Source of the DNA: a virus
Reading direction: 5' to 3' (one strand)
DNA: 64,000 nucleotides
Virus record (IMG/VR): IMGVR_UViG_3300025736_000023
Span: 3,694-67,693 of that record
Shown: positions 47,601 through 56,108 of the stretch, piece after piece
Position numbering within the stretch: position 1 is the stretch's first letter
How the letters are laid out: each line of letters starts with the position of its first letter
Translations under genes and position numbers: made by a program
The notes under the pieces: model-generated
What the model was told of the DNA's origin: nothing
The model's input: only the letters and a program-made list of their open reading frames with translations
Databases searched by the model: none

Positions 47601-48148
47601 ATCTGGATACCAGTCATTTCAAACATCAGGGCACGGAGAGTGGGCACAGGGGCTCCACTGGCTAATGTAGTCGTTTCGCCTTGTGGTAGGGCGGTAGCAC
47701 CTTTCATAGGCAGAGCACCGATCGATTGCTGAATAGCGACAAACTCTCGGAGCATTTTCCAGTAGGCGGCGATGGCTGTATCCAAGTATGGAATCCGTTC
47801 GAGACGTGATTTCTCTATGTTTATTACCGCACCCATGCGGTCTGAAGACAACCGCAATAAGCGCTCCATTTCACCTAGCGCATCAACTTTGATAGAGAGA
47901 TTGTTATATTTTGCTTGCAGAATGGACATTTCAAGAATGTCATCCGCAGGAATGCTATCGAGGTACGTATAGATGTCAGCAACAGGTATGATGACGTTCT
48001 TGGTTTCCCGCATGAAAGAGAAGATCCTTGGTGGAGACCAGCAGGAACACAAAAGCTCCCTAACCTCCTGTTCGTAGGGAGCAATGCTCTCGGGAACAGC
48101 GAGAGGGACAAGCGCATTATTTTCTGCGTCTAGGATTTCGACTTTCAT
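47582..48148 (-). CDS. Putative terminase small subunit
   Basis: Helical 188-aa protein upstream of TerL; assignment by position only. Confidence 0.5.
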   Translation of the reverse strand: MKVEILDAENNALVPLAVPESIAPYEQEVRELLCSCWSPPRIFSFMRETKNVIIPVADIYTYLDSIPADDILEMSILQAKYNNLSIKVDALGEMERLLRLSSDRMGAVINIEKSRLERIPYLDTAIAAYWKMLREFVAIQQSIGALPMKGATALPQGETTTLASGAPVPTLRALMFEMTGIQITDNKR

Positions 48149-48169
48149 ATACTTTATGTCTTAAGAGGC

Positions 48170-48451
48170 TTAGTCAGGCTGCTCTGAGAGCCGCCAGCTC
48201 GCAAAAGTATCTGCTATTGGTACACAGCCCATACCACCGTGTATAGAGTTGCCGTAGTGATAGCAAACAACCCCTGCCTGCCAATCAACTACTCGCAATA
48301 TCGGCACACCGTGCTTTACGCCGTTCTCCCATCGTGGGTAGATTTTCGTTAGAGTCATTTGGGTGTCAGTGGCAGGCTTAGTGTTAGAGTCTGGTATACA
48401 TCCACAGACCATAATCAGTATCAAAACAATCAAGGCCAATCGGTTTCTCAT
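48170..48451 (-). CDS. Putative lipoprotein
   Basis: MRNRLALIVLILIMVCGC lipobox-like; R.VDW..GVVCY motif. Confidence 0.6.
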   Translation of the reverse strand: MRNRLALIVLILIMVCGCIPDSNTKPATDTQMTLTKIYPRWENGVKHGVPILRVVDWQAGVVCYHYGNSIHGGMGCVPIADTFASWRLSEQPD

Positions 48452-48675
48452 TTTCCTTGCTCCGGCGGGTTCCATTCATTCCATCTGCTACAACTTGGAC
48501 AGTGAACGTATATGCGGCCATCTTTGAAAACAGCTACTCGATCTAGTGTTTGCATAAATGCTGCAGTAAGGTCTTTAGTTAGAACGGCTCCACACATTAT
48601 ACAGCACCATACAGAGGCCACAGCAGGGTCAGTTTCTACAGCTCTATATGCGGCTACGAATTCTGGGTCCTGCAT
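48448..48675 (-). CDS. Zn-ribbon protein
   Basis: CIMC...CPSC; start uncertain. Confidence 0.55.
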   Translation of the reverse strand: MQDPEFVAAYRAVETDPAVASVWCCIMCGAVLTKDLTAAFMQTLDRVAVFKDGRIYVHCPSCSRWNEWNPPEQGK

Positions 48676-48915
48676 CCACCGTTTCAGTACCTCCTCGTGT
48701 GTGATATTTCTCTTGGGCGACGGCGGCTCGGGCTTGGGCGGATCCCACCAAAAGTCAGGCGGGGGGCGCTGGCTCCCATTAGTAGCAAACCAACGATCAT
48801 CATATGCCCTTACACACTTTTCAACATCATCACCCCAACGTGCATAGATGCAACTCCCCCGGACGGGCTATTGCTCATTAGGTCTTTGCCACACAATTCC
48901 CCCCTTTAAGACATC

Positions 48916-49036
48916 AGCGGCTGGCGGGAATTGCACCCGCCATTTACCCTAGCGCCGCTATCTAGCAAGCCCTGACTCGGGCTGATCCTGCTACGGCGGT
49001 GGGCTGGAGTTGCACCAGCCGTGCCTTTGCACCGCC
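48916..49036 (-). ncRNA. Structured leader RNA with two T-loop minihelix-like domains
   Basis: GGCGGTG..GGCTGG-TGCAACT-CCAGCC-CACCGCC; central hairpin; AGCGGC..GGCGGG-TGCAATT-CCCGCC-A-GCCGCT. Confidence 0.6.
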
Positions 49037-49064
49037 CATTTGTGCCTTCCCAGGTAATACACAT

Positions 49065-49093
49065 AGTATAGCACAGGTTGAGTGGGAATACAA
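49065..49093 (-). promoter_or_regulatory. Late-operon sigma70-type promoter
   Basis: TTGTAT-N17-TATACT with TG extension on the minus strand. Confidence 0.7.
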
Positions 49094-49310
49094 GGCGCGG
49101 TGGAAGGAGACGAAATAGTTGCACTAAATGTACACATTGCTAAAAGTTGCTGGAGTTTGTGAGAGAGAGGCCATACCGCTTTCAGCACCCCACCCCAGTT
49201 TTTATCACTCGCTTACTGTTTATACCTGCTATCACACATACATGCGGACATGATACCATTACCTTGCACTCGACCAGCTCAAAGACATTATGTAAATAGA
49301 ACAAATGTAG

Positions 49311-49408
49311 TAGGCATATATACCTAGACGCCTAGGCCAAAGAGCCTAGAGAAATATAGGTAAAATGGCGGATGTGAAAATGGCCACGCTATGGTAGGAT
49401 GTGAATGC
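49311..49408 (+). promoter_or_regulatory. Early operator/promoter cassette, copy 1
   Basis: TAGGC-N6-GCCTA palindrome(s), then GGATGTGA-N17-TAGGAT. Confidence 0.65.
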
Positions 49409-49440
49409 AATGATCGATACACTCAAATGAAAGGGGCAAC

Positions 49441-49659
49441 ATGGTGCTAGATACACCTACTGAGACAAACTTGGCAACCTTGCAGGACGCGCTATTGATA
49501 GCACATCGCACATTAGAGATACTTGAGCAGCACGAGGATAAGGACATAGCTGCCGACTCTTATGCCAACCTGATCAAGGTTGTGAACATGCTTGATAATA
49601 CAGATACACTGATCAGATGGGCCGGATACCTTGCCCATCGCAAGGACCCCAAGCCATAA
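49441..49659 (+). CDS. Early hypothetical protein
   Basis: AAGGGG RBS. Confidence 0.65.
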   Translation: MVLDTPTETNLATLQDALLIAHRTLEILEQHEDKDIAADSYANLIKVVNMLDNTDTLIRWAGYLAHRKDPKP

Positions 49660-49738
49660 TCAATACATTCTAGCATACTATAAGGACAGTATGTTAGGAT
49701 GTGGGAATTATCCCACTATAGCATAATGGAGGGATAAA

Positions 49739-49918
49739 GTGAACAAACAAGATCGCGTGGCATTGCGTCCTATCGTTCGTGGACTACGAGAACTCAAGCG
49801 TATTATAGAGATGAACGGCTCCAATAGCGGTAAAATACCCGCTATCAATGCAACTATGGGTGAGTATGCTGCAAGTCTAGCAGATGCAATTCTAGACGTT
49901 ATGATGGGCAAGCAATAA
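49739..49918 (+). CDS. 59-aa early protein (missed by the track)
   Basis: GGAGG RBS, GTG start, MNKQDRVALRP... Confidence 0.55.
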   Translation: MNKQDRVALRPIVRGLRELKRIIEMNGSNSGKIPAINATMGEYAASLADAILDVMMGKQ

Positions 49919-49940
49919 CGCAGTAACACAAGGGGGCATC

Positions 49941-50153
49941 ATGTCAACCTGGACTGACGCGGCAGAGTATGCCACAAGACAGGCTTGCTTGTCTTTGGGT
50001 AACTTTACTGAGGGAGCCTATACGTATGCGATGCACCTTGCTCGGTTTGGTCATACTCACACACTACGCGAGTTTGCGGCTGCTGTTGCAAACGTTCCTG
50101 CTAGGTACATTCGTATACGTGAGGTTTGCGATTATCTGTTAGGTGACGATTAG
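49941..50153 (+). CDS. Early protein, paralog family A
   Basis: Similar to 54154-54390. Confidence 0.7.
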   Translation: MSTWTDAAEYATRQACLSLGNFTEGAYTYAMHLARFGHTHTLREFAAAVANVPARYIRIREVCDYLLGDD

Positions 50154-50177
50154 GGACGTATAGCACAAGGGAGAATC

Positions 50178-50534
50178 ATGCCAAAGAAAGAACAAACGTT
50201 TCATGGTTGGGGCTGCTATTTCGGAATGCCGGGATACATGCCCATATCAGGGTGTTTTCACAAGACAAAAGCTGGCGCTATGTCCGACGCAACAAATGAG
50301 AAACGCCGCTTCCTAGATGATACCTTTGATATAGACGAGCAGCGACATAGTTACCGTTGCGATGGTAACGTTAGACGGGACTGGGGATATACCTTGGAGC
50401 CTCGGTGCGAGTTGGGTTATGGTGGCGCCGATTATCGTATCACTGTTGAACCGGTACAATGCCCATACTCTGACCTAGGGCCAGACCAGATCAACTCACT
50501 TGAGGAATACGGCTGTTATAGTTTAGATCAATAA
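50178..50534 (+). CDS. Early hypothetical protein
   Basis: RBS; G.PGYMP motif. Confidence 0.65.
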   Translation: MPKKEQTFHGWGCYFGMPGYMPISGCFHKTKAGAMSDATNEKRRFLDDTFDIDEQRHSYRCDGNVRRDWGYTLEPRCELGYGGADYRITVEPVQCPYSDLGPDQINSLEEYGCYSLDQ

Positions 50535-50556
50535 CACGGTAACACAAGGGGGCATC

Positions 50557-50829
50557 ATGACCAGACAGCGAGTAACACGTAAGTACCTTGAGACTCTGAC
50601 CGACCAGTTGAACGATGTCCTAGGCCGACCTATGGCGTCCTATGAACTAGGCCGAATCAACCTAGACTATGCGTCCTGCTATGGTGGTTATGCGTTGCGA
50701 GAGATCGACAACGACAAAGGCGGGGAAACATTCTACTGGCCTAGATGGTCACGAGTCTCAGCCCGTGAGATGGAAGCATACCTGCTAGGTCAACTCGACC
50801 TAGTACGTCTACAGAGCTGGGAGAAATAG
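50557..50829 (+). CDS. Early protein, paralog family B
   Basis: Similar to 52414-52686. Confidence 0.7.
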   Translation: MTRQRVTRKYLETLTDQLNDVLGRPMASYELGRINLDYASCYGGYALREIDNDKGGETFYWPRWSRVSAREMEAYLLGQLDLVRLQSWEK

Positions 50830-50831
50830 TC

Positions 50832-51032
50832 ATGCCAATGAGCAGGCTATCCTCGGTGGGTGCTGGTCCTTGGCGGGTTGTTTTGTTTACTCTTAGTAGG
50901 GATTGTTGGTTTATTGAGCATGAAGTAACGTGCAGACGCAGGAGCATAAAGCCGGAGAAAAGCGGCGACTACTGGAATAGAGCACAAGAGGAATGTGACA
51001 GACTCAACGCACTACTAGCAGAGAAGGGATAG
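50832..51032 (+). CDS. Early protein, paralog family C
   Basis: Similar to 52803-53006. Confidence 0.7.
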   Translation: MPMSRLSSVGAGPWRVVLFTLSRDCWFIEHEVTCRRRSIKPEKSGDYWNRAQEECDRLNALLAEKG

Positions 51033-51034
51033 TC

Positions 51035-51286
51035 ATGCAAACGCAACAGACCAAAGTATGCCAAGAGTTTGACGATAACTACAACTTAGTTGTAGACTCA
51101 TGCGAGGTTGAACATATCCTGACAAACTACGTGTGTCCTGACGATAGGGACGACTACGGTAGTCTATTTGTCAAAGTCGGGGAGGGTGAATATCTTGAAA
51201 TATGGGGGTCAGAACACCAAGTCCCCTGGGTTGACATAACATATTATCGAGTCCAGATAGCAGATGGTAGCGGTAGTCAACAGTAA
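51035..51286 (+). CDS. Acidic early protein
   Basis: RBS; TAGTCATG stop-start junction. Confidence 0.65.
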   Translation: MQTQQTKVCQEFDDNYNLVVDSCEVEHILTNYVCPDDRDDYGSLFVKVGEGEYLEIWGSEHQVPWVDITYYRVQIADGSGSQQ

Positions 51287-51720
51287 CAAACTGCCCGCTA
51301 TAGAATCACTTTTGGAAAGTGTGTCAGCTTGACAAATTATACAGTAAACGACTTGTTATAGAGTCTAGGTCAGCAGTAACAAACTGCACACCTAGTAGGG
51401 GCGCTATAGTCACATTCCGTTATTCCATTTTTGTTCCCATAATTCTTAAGATTGTTACTATTCTTTATCAAGTTACTTAAGAATACGAAATGGAATAACG
51501 GAATCCCACTACAGTTTATTACTGTGAGAAAACAGTAACAAACCGTATATAGTAATAGTAAGAGTATATATATATAATTTTATTCCATTATTCCATTATT
51601 CCATTTTAAGCGTATAGGTACGTAGCAAAACGAGCGTTATGTCAAGTAGATATTTATATATATATGTTTTTCTCTCTCTATACACACAAAATGGAATAAT
51701 GGAATAATGGAATAAAACTC
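51281..51720. other. Putative replication origin: AT-rich with inverted iteron arrays
   Basis: Perfect IRs at 51414-51430/51488-51504 and 51578-51607/51688-51717 built of ATTCCATT units; (TA)n tracts; CAGTAACAAAC x3. Confidence 0.6.
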
Positions 51721-51933
51721 TATACTGTCGTGTTTAGTACATCCTTTACAGTCTAATCCACTTTAACCATGCGAAACTCGGCGGGTGTAACATGTAAACC
51801 CAGCTATACAGTCTATACTATATCCCCACACAAACCACAGTAAAACACACGGGGGCCACAAGGCCCCACTCACGACCCGACATAGAGGGTACTACCAGCG
51901 CGGTTTGCGATGGTAAGCAGAGGAGGTACTGAG

Positions 51934-52185
51934 ATGTACGCAAGATACGGACACCCGAACGATGACTACATCGCGGCGATGTCGCGCGAGCCATCGCGAG
52001 TAACGGAGGACGGGAAATTCGTCGATGAAACCCATGTCATGAGCTTTCATCACGGAGAAATGCCCGCTTTCGCTAGCAAGGAGTTCGCGACACTAGAGAA
52101 GGCGCGACAGTACGCGCGCGACGAGCTTGGCATTGTTCGCTGGCGCGACTTCCAAGGCCAGTTCACGAACGAGCCAAACTCATAA
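51934..52185 (+). CDS. Hypothetical protein, GC-richer
   Basis: GAGGAGG RBS before ATG at 51934. Confidence 0.65.
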   Translation: MYARYGHPNDDYIAAMSREPSRVTEDGKFVDETHVMSFHHGEMPAFASKEFATLEKARQYARDELGIVRWRDFQGQFTNEPNS

Positions 52186-52197
52186 TCTCTCGATAGC

Positions 52198-52232
52198 CTA
52201 CTGAGTCGGAGCGGAGGTTCCGACTCAGTGGG
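52198..52232 (+). terminator. Strong hairpin
   Basis: actgagtcgga-N8-tccgactcagt just after the stop codon. Confidence 0.5.
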
Positions 52233-52413
52233 GTGGCGAGTGACAACACACACGGGAGGATTGAGATGGTTAAGCGAGAGGCAGAGCGCGAGCGACAAGA
52301 CACAGTAAACTAACATAGAGGAGCCAGCATAATGCCCGCTATCACAGGTTGCGTTGGTATACAGAGCTGGTAGTCTTGAGAGACTTTGAGTCCACACACT
52401 AAGGGGGTTAATT

Positions 52414-52686
52414 ATGAGCACCACACGTCTTAGTAAAGTATCCATAGACGCCCTAGTACACCAATTAAATGTCGCATTTAAAGTTAGGGGTACGCCGATA
52501 TATCTTGGTGTAACCTATTGCAAGAGTCTGGGGTATAGCTTGTTTAGAGCTACTGGCACAGGCGGATGGTCTCCCTATTGGCCGTCATACAGACAAACGG
52601 GTGTGCCTGTAAAAGAGATGTGGGCATTTCTGACCGGTCAGATCGAATTGCTCAAGCTGTTAGAACAAAAAGAACGCTCAGACTAG
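52414..52686 (+). CDS. Early protein, paralog family B
   Basis: QLN...GY.L...GG...YWP...EM.A.L.GQ. Confidence 0.7.
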   Translation: MSTTRLSKVSIDALVHQLNVAFKVRGTPIYLGVTYCKSLGYSLFRATGTGGWSPYWPSYRQTGVPVKEMWAFLTGQIELLKLLEQKERSD

Positions 52687-52767
52687 GCCAAAATGCCTAC
52701 TTAACTCTAGGCCAAATGGCGGATGTGACAATTGCGATAGTATGCTAGTATGCTAGTATGTTAGTGC
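52683..52767 (+). promoter_or_regulatory. Early operator/promoter cassette, copy 2
   Basis: TAGGCCAAAATGCCTA..TAGGC..GGATGTGA-N17-TAGTAT..GTTAGTGC. Confidence 0.7.
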
Positions 52768-52802
52768 AGCGCAAGGAAAACGAAAACACAAGGAGAATAA
52801 TC

Positions 52803-53006
52803 ATGGCAAGGACTGGATTATCATGGCAGGGCATTGGCCCGTGGCGAGTTGACTTGTGGAACGAGAGCGAGTATTGGCATATCGAACACGAAATAACGGG
52901 TGAACGTGAGAGGAGAGGCCCCTGGATGTGGTCTGGCGGCGTCAATTACTTTGACGAAGCACAGGCAGAGTGTCAAAGACGCAACGCACTATTGAAAGAG
53001 GTATAG
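52803..53006 (+). CDS. Early protein, paralog family C
   Basis: GPWRV.L....W.IEHE.T...AQ.EC.R.NALL. Confidence 0.7.
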   Translation: MARTGLSWQGIGPWRVDLWNESEYWHIEHEITGERERRGPWMWSGGVNYFDEAQAECQRRNALLKEV

Positions 53007-53008
53007 TC

Positions 53009-53323
53009 ATGTCAACGCAAGCACTGGAGCTATTTGTCGAGGAAAACTATCTCAACGCAACAGAGGGGTACAGAATGGGCGACAGTGGAGTATACTCTGT
53101 AGGGGATAGGTCACGCGGGGATGTTTACCGCTATGCGCAGAAAGAGTATGGACGGTGCCAGAGTACAGTGTACCTTGACACAGAGAAGGGTGCCAAAGCG
53201 ATAGGTTGGGTATTCCAAAAGCGAGCCAAGTATGAGGACTGTAACGAAACGTTTCTTATGGAAACTTGGGTAACGGTGCACACTGCAAAGCCAACAGTAA
53301 CAACCGAGTATCATTATCTGTAA
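53009..53323 (+). CDS. Early hypothetical protein
   Basis: GAGG RBS; EYGRC...Y.D....IGWVF.KR..YED...ETWV pattern. Confidence 0.7.
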   Translation: MSTQALELFVEENYLNATEGYRMGDSGVYSVGDRSRGDVYRYAQKEYGRCQSTVYLDTEKGAKAIGWVFQKRAKYEDCNETFLMETWVTVHTAKPTVTTEYHYL

Positions 53324-53347
53324 CACAAAGGGGCAAAGTGGTTACAA

Positions 53348-53571
53348 TGATCAAGCGCATAGAGGTTGACGGCGTGTCCTATGAGTTATTCCAGTCAAAT
53401 GATGGACGTTACTGCTTTAGGGGTATGGACGTAGAGTCTGGCGAAAACATTCTAAACCAGATCAAAATCTTTACCAGCTATGAGCAGGGCATAGCATACC
53501 ATAAAGCCCTAGTGAGTGAGGCACAGGGCCTAGTATCACAGTTTAGACATGCAAAAAGGAGGACAACATGA
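53348..53571 (+). CDS. Early hypothetical protein
   Basis: RBS; ATGA-coupled to the next gene; start approximate. Confidence 0.55.
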
Positions 53572-54137
53572 TCGAGGTTACAGTTACAAACTATCACGGC
53601 GAGCTCTGTATACAGCAGATGACAATCGACTTTGACCGACCAGTTAAAACATACACCTATCGGCCTACAGGTGTCCCCGTTGACAAGGACAACATGTGGA
53701 TGCTAGGTTGCCAAGCCGCCTATCAGGGACGTGGGCGCTACTTTGTTACTCAGTCGAGGCCGCACCCGCCACGGTCACAAGATATTTACTTGGAAGACTG
53801 GGAGCGAATGGTAGCAACCGCCACACACCATCGCAGTATTGACCCACCTGGCAGATGTGGCGCAGACTGGCAGTGGCAGTGGTTTCACGGTTATTGGAAA
53901 AAGGCACCAAAAGAGGCTATTGTGCCAACCGCGTTGGATAGTCTACTCGACGCTGCGCGAGAGATTGCCGAGACTCCAACATGGTACTATAGTACAGTTA
54001 GACACACCCTTTGCTGCTCATACTGTGGGGTTTACATGCCAACGGACGCAAGACACCCTGAGTGGTTACGAGATCCGAGCAACCATAGCGAGTCCTGTAT
54101 CTGGCGCAAACTTGCAACAGCAGTACAACAGCTATAA
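53568..54137 (+). CDS. Early protein with a C-terminal Cys/His Zn domain (family E)
   Basis: C..C....WL....NH...C.WR shared with 57017-57448. Confidence 0.65.
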   Translation: MIEVTVTNYHGELCIQQMTIDFDRPVKTYTYRPTGVPVDKDNMWMLGCQAAYQGRGRYFVTQSRPHPPRSQDIYLEDWERMVATATHHRSIDPPGRCGADWQWQWFHGYWKKAPKEAIVPTALDSLLDAAREIAETPTWYYSTVRHTLCCSYCGVYMPTDARHPEWLRDPSNHSESCIWRKLATAVQQL

Positions 54138-54153
54138 TAACAAAGGGGGCAAC

Positions 54154-54390
54154 ATGTCAGATGATATTATGTCAATGAAAAGTAAATACATGATAGCAGC
54201 AGATTGGGCAACAGATGAGGCATACTCGGTGCTAACAAATACAACCGAGGCTATTTACAACCAAGCACGACACCTAGCAAAGTTTAGCAGACTCCAAGAC
54301 CTTAGAGAGTTGGCGGTATCTGTAGCACATGTCAAAGGGCGCTATGTGCGCGTTCGTCAACTGGCCGAATGGCTAAGAGATTTGTCCTAA
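54154..54390 (+). CDS. Early protein, paralog family A
   Basis: AA..AT..A...L.N.TE..Y..A.HLA.F.....LRE.A..VA.V..RY.R.R. Confidence 0.7.
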   Translation: MSDDIMSMKSKYMIAADWATDEAYSVLTNTTEAIYNQARHLAKFSRLQDLRELAVSVAHVKGRYVRVRQLAEWLRDLS

Positions 54391-54404
54391 GTAGAACGTT
54401 TGTA

Positions 54405-54481
54405 CTAGGCCAAAATGCTTATTTAACTCTAGGCATTTATGCCGATGTGCAAAGTGCGAATCTCTGTTAGTCTGTTAGTGC
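54405..54481 (+). promoter_or_regulatory. Early operator/promoter cassette, copy 3
   Basis: TAGGCCAAAATGCTTA..TAGGCATTTATGCCGATGTGC-N17-TAGTCT GTTAGTGC. Confidence 0.7.
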
Positions 54482-54517
54482 GTCGGAAAAACGTCAAGTA
54501 TACGATAGGAGTAAAAC

Positions 54518-54925
54518 ATGAGCGCGTTTGTAGTTTCTGCTAAGACAGTAGGGAACATTGCAGGTTACGTATTCGCGACTAACGGGCGCAAAGAAATGTT
54601 GCAGAGACAGGGCATTGATCTAAGCGGCGGCTACGACCAAGCTATTACGCGGTTTAGCCGCCAGCTAGAGCACATGAACCGAGAAGCCGTATATTACCGA
54701 TATGGTGAGGCCGACGACCTTGTAACGCGGCAACTAGAGGAACTTGAGCTTCACTCTCCAAGTACAACCGGTGCGTTTAAATCTATAAATTGCTATCTGT
54801 ACCAGTGTGCCGAAGGAAACGTACCTGATAGGACGCTATTCAAAGCACTCGACAAGCTCCGACATGACCTAGCTTTCACAATAGCAACCGATACTGAGGA
54901 GTACAAAACAGGAGCCTGGGAATAA
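54518..54925 (+). CDS. Conserved phage hypothetical protein
   Basis: MSAFVV...N..AV..RY...K...C..YQC.E motif. Confidence 0.7.
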   Translation: MSAFVVSAKTVGNIAGYVFATNGRKEMLQRQGIDLSGGYDQAITRFSRQLEHMNREAVYYRYGEADDLVTRQLEELELHSPSTTGAFKSINCYLYQCAEGNVPDRTLFKALDKLRHDLAFTIATDTEEYKTGAWE

Positions 54926-54955
54926 CCAAGGACATCATAGTATAGGAGAAATAAC

Positions 54956-55270
54956 ATGGCAACGCGTAATTTCTGGCTGGAAGCGTTTGTAGATGGACGG
55001 AAAACCACCCTCACAGGGGGGCCACAAGCCAAAGACGGCGGTATGGCCATCAACCTGTACGTCAGGCACAAAGGCAGCAGTGTTAGGGCCTTGCGTCTGG
55101 ACTGTCTTGCTGGCGTAGATGGGAAGCTGTTTATCCTCGTAGACACAGGCAGGGACTCCACTATGCTCATCCCCCTTGTGGAGGTGGATAGGGAGACACT
55201 GCCAGACGTTCAATTGTCTTCCTCGGATGGTGTCAGTCGCCTAACTGCTCGGCTTGTATCTGAGCGATAG
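54956..55270 (+). CDS. Early hypothetical protein
   Basis: RNFW....DGRK....GGP..KDGG; AGGAG RBS. Confidence 0.7.
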   Translation: MATRNFWLEAFVDGRKTTLTGGPQAKDGGMAINLYVRHKGSSVRALRLDCLAGVDGKLFILVDTGRDSTMLIPLVEVDRETLPDVQLSSSDGVSRLTARLVSER

Positions 55271-55283
55271 GAGTATAAGAGGC

Positions 55284-55616
55284 ATGAACAGGATCAAGGG
55301 TACATTTATGCGCCATATGTACAAAGACGGGAGCCCAAATAAGCTGCTGGCGCAAGAGGCTACCATATTTGACGGTGTGTTCGCAGTGTACAAGGAGGGG
55401 CCATACACGAACAACTGGCATGTTGATCATACCCCTACAGGCTTAGTCTGTACTAGGGTGCCTAGAAAAAAGGACGCAGTAGCTATAGTCAGGGCCTTGT
55501 TAGCTATACCCCTTGGTTGGCAAACTACCGACAGGGACAAACTGACAGTACGCATGGACAAGGTTGAAAACTGTATGGGGCTATATCGCAAGGCTATACA
55601 AGTTAGGGCAGAGTAA
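55284..55616 (+). CDS. Early protein, paralog family D
   Basis: Similar to the N-half of 58429-59226. Confidence 0.65.
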   Translation: MNRIKGTFMRHMYKDGSPNKLLAQEATIFDGVFAVYKEGPYTNNWHVDHTPTGLVCTRVPRKKDAVAIVRALLAIPLGWQTTDRDKLTVRMDKVENCMGLYRKAIQVRAE

Positions 55617-55630
55617 AGGGGGCTATAAGC

Positions 55631-55924
55631 ATGGCTAAGATACAAGTGTGGTACAATGACGGCGATTTACTCGCTGGGGACGACGTAGACAACTATGATC
55701 TGGACTTGTCCTGCAACGCATACGAGGCGCAGGTATTGGCCAGACTCCAAGAGGAATACCCAACAGCAGAGATAGAGATAGTGCGCAACCGCAACATGAC
55801 AGGTTATTGTCCATCTCCAGAATACAACGGGCGGTCTGACAGTCAAGACGGTGCAGACATAGAGTATCTCGACGCGGAAGTGTACGAGACGTATGCTTGG
55901 CTAACACGATTGGGGGAAATGTAA
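55631..55924 (+). CDS. Acidic early protein
   Basis: RBS; D/E-rich. Confidence 0.65.
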   Translation: MAKIQVWYNDGDLLAGDDVDNYDLDLSCNAYEAQVLARLQEEYPTAEIEIVRNRNMTGYCPSPEYNGRSDSQDGADIEYLDAEVYETYAWLTRLGEM

Positions 55925-55925
55925 A

Positions 55926-56108
55926 ATGGATCTCTTTGAGACCCTAGCAAGAATAGACATACCTCGGTGGCTACTAAGCATGGCAGTCGCCCATACCGTT
56001 GCTTCCATGTTGTGGGGCAATCATGATAGAAAAATGGTCCTCCTGCTGAGGGGCATAGCCTGTATAGGGGTGGCTATCCTACTTATGCTCATGGAGGGCA
56101 TACGATGA
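55926..56108 (+). CDS. Small membrane protein
   Basis: Two hydrophobic segments. Confidence 0.55.
   Translation: MDLFETLARIDIPRWLLSMAVAHTVASMLWGNHDRKMVLLLRGIACIGVAILLMLMEGIR

Noticed and set aside
9555-48909. Numerous + strand ORFs in the late region and - strand ORFs in the early/replication regions
   Set aside because: Shadow ORFs overlapping well-supported genes, without RBS or motifs (except the LAGLIDADG gene)
48916-49036. Canonical tRNA, or FMN/cobalamin riboswitch
   Set aside because: No D or anticodon arms and no CCA; two T-loops superficially recall FMN riboswitches, but the conserved 3' GUCCGGAUGGGAG-type and cobalamin-box motifs are absent
51560-51720. Protelomerase telRL site or eukaryotic satellite contamination
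   Set aside because: The IR arms are separated by an 80-bp non-palindromic spacer, no protelomerase was seen, and the flanks are continuous phage sequence
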